Made by a program: the position numbers and the translations under genes. 64,000 nucleotides of DNA from Octopus vulgaris. Lineage: Eukaryota. Positions 53,290 to 64,000 of the stretch are shown here, piece after piece. The stretch lies in contig OX597839.1 in the NCBI GenBank assembly GCA_951406725.2, positions 22,816,001 to 22,880,000 on the forward strand, in the 5' to 3' direction. Position 1 is the stretch's first letter. Each line of letters starts with the position of its first letter. Below the pieces are notes generated by a model. It did not search any database. It had not been told where the DNA came from and saw only the letters and a list, made by a program, of their open reading frames with translations.

Positions 53290-53557
53290 AAATGAAAATC
53301 AAATCGAAATTGTAGTTGTGATACCCATGCCAGTAGCACGTAAAAAGCACCATCCGAACATGGCCGATGCCAGCACCAACTTGTCTGGCTTCCATGCCCG
53401 TGGCACATAAAAAGCACCCATTACACTCTTGGAGAAGTTGGTGTTAGGAAGGGCATCCAGCTGTAGAAATAGTGCCAAATCAGACTGGAGCCTAGTGCAG
53501 CCTCCTGTCTAACCCATGCTAGCATGGAAAACGGACATTCAACGTTGATGATGATGA
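53290..53557 (+). mobile_element. SINE family C
   Basis: GGTGTTAGGAAGGGCATCCAGCTGTAGAAA...(GAT)n. Confidence 0.85.
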
Positions 53558-53575
53558 TATATATATATATATATA

Positions 53576-53939
53576 TACTCTTTTACTTGTTTCAGTCATT
53601 TGACTGCGGCCATGCTGGAGCACCGCCTTTAGTCGAGCAAATCGACCCCGGGACTTATTATTTGTAAGCCCAGTACTTATTCTATCGGTCTATTTTGCTG
53701 AGCCGCTAAGTGATGGGGACGTAAACACACCAGCATCGGTTGTCAAGCAATGCTAGGGGGCAAACACACACACATATATACATATATACGACAGGCTTCT
53801 TTCAGTTTCCGTCTACCAAATCCACTCACAAGGCATTGGTCAGCCCGGGGCTATAGCAGAAGACACTTGCTCAAGATGCCACGCAGTGGGACTGGACCCG
53901 GAACCATGTGGTTGGTTAGCAAGCTACTTACCACACAGC

Positions 53940-53943
<4 letters not shown>
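53576..53943 (-). mobile_element. SINE family A (young subfamily)
   Basis: Near-identical to 20043-20432. Confidence 0.92.
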
Positions 53944-53995
<52 letters not shown>

Positions 53996-54204
53996 ATGTA
54001 TGTATATATATATATATACACACACACATAAACTTTGAATTATGGGAATGACTAATCATTTTTGAATTCTCTCAATTTGTCCTGCCCACCTACATTCAAA
54101 GTGCTAAAATAAGAATAGATTTTTTCATGGTTTGGGATTTAACTCCTATTTCTAGTGTGTTGGAAAACTACTTAGTGGCTTTTCCTTTTGTGTCTATTTT
54201 TTAT

Positions 54205-54236
<32 letters not shown>

Positions 54237-54394
54237 GTATATATATATGTATATATATAAAAAATACAAACTGGGACTGGGACAAGAACGTGAAACATTT
54301 AGAAGACGACACAAAAAACACGGACGGAACATTCGAAGCCTTCAATCTTCAGTCAAGAACCGGATCATCTTCGCAATTTCGGATATATATATAT

Positions 54395-54439
54395 ATAAAT
54401 AAGGATAACTATAAATTTAAATTTAAGGTGGTTTTAGAG

Positions 54440-54492
<53 letters not shown>

Positions 54493-54592
54493 TGCATTAG
54501 GGTATCTACGAGATACCACCATGCTGAAAATAGCAGCTATGAACCGACTCTAAAACCACCTTAAATTTAAATTTATACTTATCCTTATTTAT
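54395..54592. mobile_element. Short element with about 47-bp terminal inverted repeats embedded in (TA)n
   Basis: ATAAATAAGGATAACTATAAATTTAAATTTAAGGTGGTTTTAGAGTC (54395-54441) is inverted at 54546-54592. Confidence 0.7.
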
Positions 54593-54689
54593 TTATTTAT
54601 ATATATATATAAATGTGTGTGTATATATATATATAAGATGATGCTGATGATGATGATGATGACAAACATACACATATATCCTTGAGACA

Positions 54690-55115
54690 ACACACATTCA
54701 CAGAGCAACGTCACCACATTCCACCCATCTCTCCTCGCTTGTTTGCATTCATTGGCTGTTCTCCAGCTCAACATCTTACCACTTGTAACCATTCCTGGTC
54801 ATCTTCTCTGCAACGTCCAGCCTTCCCACATAACTTGTGCCCACGTCTTTCTACAGTTTTCCTAAACATACATGCCCCCCTTCTGTGCATCTCTTAACCC
54901 AAAATGTCATCTTCCCTGCCCTTCGCATGTCAGTCGCCCCTCTTGTGGCTGACATCCAACCCCTCCTATACCCAGCTTTATTTTCTCTCGGCTCCTATCA
55001 ACTGCCCCCTCCATACACACCAGCATTACACATCCAGTGGAGCATGCTCTCTTTATTTCTTTCCAGTCTTTGCATATCTTCCACATTCAATATCCATGCG
55101 GTATCACACTTCATA
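54690..55115 (-). mobile_element. Old RTE-clade LINE 3' fragment
   Basis: [25 protein letters not shown], then frameshifted KLGI..GC..QEGRL and RKTW motifs. Confidence 0.7.
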
Positions 55116-55249
55116 CGCCACACCATCTCCATCCATGTGTGTCTACACACACATGTATGCATGTGTGTGTGTGTGTATTTATATATGTATATATATTATT
55201 GAATGACATAATATATATATATATATATATATATATGTATACAGATATA

Positions 55250-55286
<37 letters not shown>

Positions 55287-55348
55287 ACATATATATATGT
55301 ATGTATACATATATATATATGTATGTATATATATATATATATGTATAC

Positions 55349-55460
<112 letters not shown>

Positions 55461-55515
55461 ACATATATATATGTATATATATATATATATGTATACATAT
55501 ATATATATATGTATA

Positions 55516-55548
<33 letters not shown>

Positions 55549-55822
55549 TGTATACATATATGTATACATATATATATATATATGTATACATATATATTAT
55601 ACAATGACATAACAGGCAAACTACTTGAAAAATATGCATTATCCATGTGACATTGTAATAGTTTTTATAATTTATTCCAGAACCATCCAGGGGCACACCA
55701 TTATCACTGGTTATAGAAATTCACAACTCATCAATGTATAACTCGTTTGATAAGCAGCAATGCATGAAACTCTAGGCTCTCGAGTCACTCTGTTGCATCT
55801 GTTATGAATTAATAAACAAAAT

Positions 55823-55894
55823 AAACATGTGGTCTTGTGGTTAGGATTCCTGGCTTTCACCCAGGTGGCCCAGGTTCGATTCCCTGCATGGGAA
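55823..55894 (+). pseudogene. tRNA-Glu(TTC) pseudogene
   Basis: 72 nt; anticodon arm CCTGG-CT[TTC]AC-CCAGG, GGTTCGATTCC B box, 3' CATGGGAA; 5' TCC replaced by AAA and two T-stem mismatches. Confidence 0.85.
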
Positions 55895-55911
55895 CGGCAT
55901 TATTGTTTATA

Positions 55912-56310
55912 GGCGCAGGAGTGGCTGTGTGGTAAGTAGCTTGCTTATCAACCACGTGGTTCCGGGTTCAGTCCCACTGTGTGGCACCTTGGGCAAAAGG
56001 CTTCTACTATAACCTCAATCCAACCAAAGCCTTGCAAGTAGATGTGGTAGATGGAAACTGAAAGAAGCCCGTCAGATATACATATGTATATATGTATATG
56101 ATTGTGTGTCTGTGTTTGTCCCCCCACCATCATTTGACAATTTATGTCGGGGTCTTTTTGTCCCCGTAACTTAGCAGTTCAGCAAAATGGACCGATAGAA
56201 TACATACTAGGCTTACAAAGAATAAGCCTTGGGGTCGATTTCTTCGACTAAAGGTGGTACTCCAGCATGGCCGCTGTCAAATGACTGAAACAAGTAAAAC
56301 AATAAAAGAA
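55912..56310 (+). mobile_element. SINE family A, full length
   Basis: Head, internal microsatellite and tail. Confidence 0.92.
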
Positions 56311-56453
56311 TATATTCATATTTTGACTTCTATTTTTCCTGTCACCATAACCAAACCTACATATATATGTATGTATATAAATATATATTTGTATGTGTAT
56401 ATATATATATATATATTTGTATGTAATATATATACATATATATATACATATGT

Positions 56454-56485
<32 letters not shown>

Positions 56486-56582
56486 ACATATTAATATATA
56501 TAAATATACATACACATATATATACATGCATATATATATATGTATATATTAATATATATACATATACATACACATATATATA

Positions 56583-56754
56583 CATCATCATCATCGTTTA
56601 ACGTCTGTTTTCTGTGTTAGCACAGGTTGGACAGTTCGACCGAGGTCTGGGAAGCAAGGGGCTGCTCCAGGCTCCAGTCTGATCTGGCAGAGTTTCTACG
56701 GCTGGATGCCCTTCCTAACGCCAACCACTCCGCGAGTGTAGTGGGTGCTTTTTT
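56583..56754 (-). mobile_element. SINE family C
   Basis: Matches 18816-19085. Confidence 0.88.
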
Positions 56755-56759
56755 ATACA

Positions 56760-56833
<74 letters not shown>

Positions 56834-56843
56834 CATACATATG

Positions 56844-56926
<83 letters not shown>

Positions 56927-57727
56927 ACATATATATAAACACACACATATATATATACATACTGGTTATATATGGTTAAATTCATCCCTGGTTACCTACC
57001 ATTGCTGTATTGACTGCCCTTCTCAAGTTCCATTATAAGAGTAACACAGTCCTTGGTTCTCTAGACATAGAACACGCAGGACGGTCATGGATGGAATAGC
57101 TTTGCCTGAGGATCAGGGATGATACAACAACAACAACTACACAATGCTTTTATGTTTCTTTTACATTTTCACCACTCTGCTGTCCAGCGTTTTACACTGG
57201 AAAGCCTGGGGACACACCATTGTTTCCACCAATAAGTGATACGTTATGTTTAACTGTTGAGGAATTCAGAGAATAATTTGGGAATCGAAGAGGGGGGGGG
57301 GGGGTCAGTGGTTGGGGAGAGCAGAGGAGTCTACAACAGTTGGTTCTTGAGGAAAAGGAATGCTTGCACTTTTCTCTGACTGCTGCACACACACACACAC
57401 ACACACACATGCTCAGACAAGCACGCATACACACATGCAGACACAAACACATAAACAAGTGCCCATAAACAGACACTCCCGCCCCCCCAACCACCCCACA
57501 TAAACTGTACAAGACACACACACACACACACACACACACAGAGGCCAGGTTTCAAAAGTCGCTATTTCCTAAGAACGGTAACTATCTGTTGTGTTTATCA
57601 AATATTTACAAGGAATGTCTTTGAGACAAAGATAAGACATCTATCATGATTTTATCAAGCAGTTTGGTATGTAGAATATGAAGTACATTAGAGAACCACC
57701 TGGTTAGAATAATATGTACTCAGGGCA

Positions 57728-57773
<46 letters not shown>

Positions 57774-57964
57774 GTATATGTGTATGTGTGCGTGTGTGTG
57801 TGCATATATCTAAGAAAGCCACAGAGAAAAAGTGGGGGGAGATGGTGATAGAATGAGTTTCATGAGTCAACATTTTGTTCTACTCAAATTTTTGGTTTCA
57901 CAAAAGCCAAACATTTTCTATTTTAAAAATGGAACGAAAGAATTTCTATTCCATCGCCATTTAA

Positions 57965-58184
57965 CCCTTTAGTGTTCGCATTATTCTGCCAAAATTAATC
58001 CTTTTTTATCTAAATTGTTTTGAACTAATCATGCATTATCTTGAATCTATGAGATTTTGATGAGGTACCTGTAATTTCTAAAACGATATTGTAGGGTTAG
58101 TGTGAGAGACCAGATCTGGCCAGTCTGACCATAAAACAGGCAGAATACTTTTGGCCGGATATGGCCGGTTTAAATGCTAAAGGG
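57965..58184. mobile_element. piggyBac-type MITE (family 2), complete
   Basis: TTAA|CCCTTTAGTGTT ... AATGCTAAAGGG|TTAA. Confidence 0.85.
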
Positions 58185-58754
58185 TTAATGTTCATTCCCC
58201 AGTTACAGTATTGCAGACGTACAAACATGCCCTGGGTACTTTTGAGTTCAGAGTACAGAATACAATTCAGTTGTATAAGGAAGTGTCGTGTATCAATTGA
58301 GAGTACAATATTGAGAAAAGTCCCTGTGCTATTTCTGGCATACAGCTGTATGGTCAAAAAAGTCAACCTCACAATTACATGATTTTAGGTTCAAGTCCAA
58401 GTTCAAGTTCTACTGAAACCCCAGGTCGGTCAGAACTATGTCATAACAATTTGTGTGGAAGTAAACACCTATTGAGAGAACTGAATGGCTGCCACTGTGC
58501 AGCCAGAGATTAGACCTATCAGTGGTACACTTAATCCTTCATCTGGTTTAATACTAACACAGGGTGTTTTGGGTATCTTTGCTAGAATCAACTCTGTCCA
58601 AATTATTTAGGACAGTTCTGCAGTCTGAGGATACCATCCTTTTTTTCTCCACTTGTCTTGGAGCTTTGGAATGGGTCTGAGGCATTCTGCTTCCTCTTCT
58701 CACTAAATCTGTTGATGCCAGCCTGCATGAGACTGCCTTAATTCTATGATATAA

Positions 58755-58950
58755 ACCCTTTGTTTTAAGTAATTTAAATTAAAAACCTTCCATGGAAATT
58801 TCATTTCATTTACGTTCCAAATACTACAGTTCTAATGTTCTAAACACCAGCTTAAAAACAACAAGGCTACTTCACTAAATTCTTTGTTATGGTTGAAATT
58901 AATAGAAACAAAGATCAGTGCATTTCAACAGAAATATGGTAACAAAAGGG
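58755..58950. mobile_element. piggyBac-type MITE (family 1)
   Basis: Ends AATATGGTAACAAAAGGG|TTAA as at 37962; a partial second copy follows. Confidence 0.7.
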
Positions 58951-59020
58951 TTAAAGTGATCTAGATTAAAATCTTCCACCAAAATTTCATGCTAAGTTGT
59001 TGTGTTCCAAATACTAATTA

Positions 59021-59074
<54 letters not shown>

Positions 59075-59547
59075 GATAAGGTCGTTTCACTAAAGTTTTC
59101 GTTGTTTTCAAAATGAATTGAAACTAAAGCAGTTTATTTGTGAAAAAAAATGGTTAGAAAAGATGGAACTTCTGAGATTCTGGCAAATGGTAAGAAAAAC
59201 TAGAATTTGACATCAGCTGGTTTGTGGTAATACTTCAGTGAAGCTAATATCAGAAGTTCTACTTTTCGGTTATTACTATTCCGCTAAATTACACAACCTG
59301 TCGTTCAATAAATTTCCAGAACAATCTACTCTGAAGACCTCCAAGATGATGCGAAGAAGACATACAAAAAGAATTTGGGAAGAGTCAAAGGAAAAATGTT
59401 CTTATAACATTACCAATCACAGTGATGTCCAAGAATACCAGGGAGTCAGGTTGAGAGAGGGTCGTAGTGCCACTACCTAATAGGGTGAAGTCTTTTATGG
59501 CAGAGAAATACTTTATGGTGGTTTGTGAACATAAGTCTACTCGTATT

Positions 59548-59757
59548 CTATTCTACTCTAGGCACAAGGCCTGAAATTTGGGGGGAGGGGACCAGTCGAT
59601 TAGATCGACCCCACCACACAACTGGTATTTAATTATCAACCCCGAAAGGATGAAAAGCAAAGTCGACCTCCGCGGCATTTGAACTCAGAACGTAAAGACA
59701 GACGAAATATGGTTAGGCATTTCACCTGGCATGCTAACGTTTCTGCTAGCTCACCCC
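59548..59757 (-). mobile_element. SINE family B
   Basis: A and B boxes plus central domain. Confidence 0.85.
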
Positions 59758-60568
59758 TTATTAATGGGGTTATGATACCAAATTCTTCTTCAATTTGAAG
59801 AACAAAGTAAATATTGTAGAATAAACCTGATCACTTCTGGAAAGAACTGTATGAGAATCAAGAAGAAATCTTAGACCAATATTTCTCGACACCTCTTTGA
59901 ATTCTGGAAGAAAAATACCCCCCACTGTGAATGGAGAGGGGTGGAATAAATACAGCCGTTCCTCACCTTACCATTTAACGGGAATAATAAACTTCGATTT
60001 CAGTCAATTTATTGAATTTACATTGATCTCAGCAAACATATTTAAAAGCATAAAAACATTAAAAACTTGATAATTACCAATATTGATATGGAAAATCAAA
60101 TAAAAATAAATGTGGAAATATGTGCAAACTATTTATTAAAACAGATATAAGCTAATAAATTGTTTTGAATGTTATTTCATGTTTTATATTGCTTTTCTTT
60201 TCTTTTTTTTCTTCTTTTGAGTGAAGTTGTATGTCTTGGAACCAATCACTGACATATATATAAGGTATGCCAATAGATACACACACACACACACACAAAC
60301 ACACATATATATATACATACACATATGATTATATATATATATATATATACATATATATATACACACATATATATACATATATATATACATATATATATAC
60401 ACATATATATATACACACATATATATATACATATATATATACACATATATATATACATATATATACATATATATATACATATATATATACATATATATAT
60501 ACATATATATATATACATATATATATATACATATATATATATACATATATATATACATATATATATAC

Positions 60569-60658
<90 letters not shown>

Positions 60659-61120
60659 GGTGCAGATGTTGCTGTGCGGTAAGAAGCTTACTTCCCAACC
60701 ACATGGTTCTAGGTTCAGTCCCACTGTATGGCACCTTGGGCAAGTGTCTCAGCTCTACTACAATGATGAGTGTTTCAATCGATTCAATCAAAGAAGCCCG
60801 TCATATGTGTGTGTGTGTGCTTGTGTATTTGTCTCCCCCCAACATCACTTGACAACCGATGTTGGTGTGTTTACATTCACATAACTTAGAAGTTCAGCAA
60901 AAGAGACTGACAGAATGTGATAAGGCTCGCCCTTTTGAATTATCGGTATAAATCATTTTTGCCAACTGATTGAACTGGAGCAACATGAAATAAAGTGTCT
61001 TGCTTAAGGACACAATGCACCAGCAGGAATTGAACTCACAACCTTTGCTTAACTAAATGCGGTACTCCAGCATGGTTGCAGTCAAAATGACTGAAACAAG
61101 TGAAAGAATAAAAGAATAAA
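60659..61120. mobile_element. Cluster of SINE A and SINE E fragments
   Basis: SINE A head at 60659, tail at about 61055-61120, family E pieces between. Confidence 0.75.
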
Positions 61121-61446
61121 AGCATTTTGCCTGGCACAGTAATGACTGTGCCAGCTCACTGCCCGATGCCACTCCAAAATCCTGCCATGCCCAACTGGTA
61201 GAGAATGTATTTTCTCCTCGAGGAGGAGTGTTTCCCACAGAGGATTGAAACCCAATTCTCTTCTATTTCACATTGGCAACATTATCCAACCAAGTAAAAC
61301 TGATATTATTCATGAATTCAAAGCTTATCCGACTCAAGTTAATGTTTCTAGCAAACAACCAACGGAATACATTCCAGATATACAGGCAGAATAAATTCTA
61401 TGGAAGATATTTCCAGCAAGGGTAGAAGGAAAGAAAGAAAGAAAAA

Positions 61447-61478
<32 letters not shown>

Positions 61479-62020
61479 AAAAGAAAAATAATTCACGAAC
61501 CTGAGTGAAAACAACCCCACACACTAACATGAATATATATACATATGTACACTCACAAATGCATTTTCTGGAAACGGTGATAATTGACAGGTTTGGAAGC
61601 AAGATGGCTTCACTGACATTTCTCAGATGATCAACAGAATTGATACGAAGAACATTAAAGCAGAATCTTTTATCAGAACTAATACATTTTTTTTATTTTT
61701 GCTTTAATATTTTTTTGCAGTTTCTTATGTGAGAGTATGATGTGTGTATGACAAATATATTAACATGAATACATATGTATGTAAATATATATTTAAACAT
61801 ATATATGTCTATGTATGTATGTATGTATGTATGCATATATATATATATATGTAAGTATATATATACACGTTTAAACATATACAGGTACATACACAGATAC
61901 ACACACACACATATATAACAACAATCATATGCATGGCATTTTATGTTAACACAAAGATGTAAATGTATATAAATTTATATATAAGTATATGTATATATGT
62001 ATTTATGTTTATACATGTAT

Positions 62021-62061
<41 letters not shown>

Positions 62062-62611
62062 CACACACACACATATGCACATGCATATATATGTATACAC
62101 ACACATATACATACGTATATATAGACACATACAATATATATATATATACACATATGTATATACGCAAATGTATACATATATGTATGTATACAGACATGTG
62201 TGTAATATTATATATACACACACACATATGTAACTGGCATCTATCTGTTACAATGATGAGTGTTTCAATCGATTCAATCAACAGAACAGTTTGCTTATGA
62301 AATTTGCATACAAGTGGCTGAGTACTCCACAGACATGCATACCCTTAATGTAGTTGATCCAGATCTCATTATAGAATGACAACAGTAACTGCTCTGTTGT
62401 GATTCTTAACCTTTCTGTTACCACATTTCTTTTGAATTACACTTTCTTCATTTCAATTAGTTTTGAAAATAATGAAGAATTTAGGGATCTTTTCCTTTTG
62501 AACGGCACTTTTCAACACAACTTCTAGTTAACTAAACTTCGTATGCTGGTAGAATGTGTTTATAAAACATCATATATCTAATATATATATATATATAGAT
62601 AGATAGATATA

Positions 62612-62775
62612 GGCACAAGAGTCACTGTGTGGTAAGAAGCTTGCTTTCCAACCACATGGTTCCAGGCTCAGTCCCACTGCGTGGCATCTTGGGCAAGTAT
62701 CTTCTACTATAGCCTCAACCCAACCAAAGCCTTCAGAGTGGATCTGGTAAACAGAAACTGAAAGAAACCCATCAT
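62612..62775 (+). mobile_element. SINE family A, 5' half
   Basis: Head motifs. Confidence 0.85.
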
Positions 62776-62850
62776 ATGTGTGTGTGTGTGTGTGTATATA
62801 CATACACATACACACACACATATATATTATGTCAGGTCACTTTCGAGTGC

Positions 62851-63043
62851 TAGATTGAAATGCAATAGATCGATACTAGGGCCATAATTATGGGTGACAT
62901 TTTCATTTGACACCGCTAGAAAAAAATCCCATTTTCCATAGTGGTGTCGTATGAAATTGTCACCCATAATTATGGTCCTAGTATCAATCTATTGCATTTC
63001 AATCTATTTTAGACTTAGGGTGAGAGTTAGGGTTAGGTTTAGG
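62851..63043. mobile_element. Element with 56-bp inverted repeats followed by degenerate TTAGGG repeats
   Basis: 62851-62906 is inverted at 62951-63006; TTAGGGTGAGAGTTAGGGTTAGGTTTAGG follows. Confidence 0.6.
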
Positions 63044-64000
63044 AGTGGGAGAAGGGTATCTTTTTTCTTCACAAATGTAAATAAACCCAATCTGTTTCTT
63101 AAAGGAGGGACATATTCATTATGCACAGAATGTTATTTACCTAAATGGACTCCAGCGATTGGTTAAAATTGCCGAAATGCTCGAAATTAAAGATGAAATA
63201 TGTTACAACCTATAGAATTTTCTCAATATAACAAAATATTTAATAAAGTAAATCACACACACGCACATATATATATATATGTGTACACACACGTTTATGG
63301 TTCTCAGTTTTATCTTGGCAGGGATATGACAACCTCTCCATCATCCATTCAACAAGGCAGAGGGTTAAATCCGGGGGTCCTAAAGAATTTAAACTTTTCA
63401 ATAAACTTGGCACTATTCTGCAGAAATAAGTTTATTGGAAGAGTGGAATTTGGCTGCTATTTCTGCTTGACATGGTCCATATAATGCCATAACCAGTGAA
63501 AGAGATTTCCAAGTATTCACTCGGCCAATTTTGGCAGCATCAGCAGTATGAGTTTGTGATGGTTATTGGAATAATGGCTAAATCTACTCCAGTGAATTGT
63601 CATCTGAGAACCATTACAGCGTCAGGCTTGCTCTTGTATTCCACTCCCACGGAATTGCCATAAATTAAAGATCAGATCAATAACTGTCAATATAAGGATC
63701 AGAATGCCTGATATTGATGATAATGTCGATACGTTAACCCTAATCTGACTGAATTTCTATTGAAATTCTTTGTGTTTCAATTAATTTTCACAAATAATCA
63801 ACAATGTCGATGGAATCAGTGAAGTTGCAAACATTCTCCCTTATTCTGCAGGTGTTGGCAGATAATAAGGAATGGAAAGGGTTCTTGCGTAAAATTACAA
63901 CAGCGAATTATAATTTAAATATGAATACTAAGTTATAGAATCCAAGGTGGCCTTATCCAGATTAACAGTGAAAAGGTTTATTCTTTATTCTTTTACTTGT

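Noticed and set aside
55823-55894. Functional tRNA-Glu gene
   Set aside because: Acceptor stem lacks three pairs and the T stem has two mismatches, so it is called a pseudogene.
59960-59975. Tandem minus-strand donors ATG|GTAAG|GTGAGG
   Set aside because: No supporting ORF, acceptor or promoter context.
63394-63445. Possible pre-miRNA hairpin
   Set aside because: Only about 14 AT-rich pairs with a large loop, and no recognisable conserved miRNA seed.

Overview
AT-rich, microsatellite-saturated eukaryotic DNA. The SINE families and repeat density point to an octopod cephalopod (inference; no database search was run). No complete gene is visible, and almost all of the ORF track is translated simple repeat. 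The window reads as intron and 5' region of one large minus-strand gene. The best-supported exon is a short ATG-initiated exon at 49833-49712 ending in a perfect AAG|GTAAGT donor, preceded by a GC-rich leader. Weaker phase-2 candidates lie at 1598-1405 and 9771-9713. The rest is SINEs of at least five families, 3' fragments of RTE, R4/Dong and CR1-like LINEs, piggyBac-, hAT- and Tc/pogo-type MITEs, a tRNA-Glu pseudogene and local rearrangements. The most unusual signal is three long palindromes (348-594, 34255-34389, 34650-34874) carrying minimal type I hammerhead-ribozyme-like cores with a palindromic stem III. Two unrelated families share an extra U before GAAA. Element boundaries were read by eye and are approximate to a few bases.
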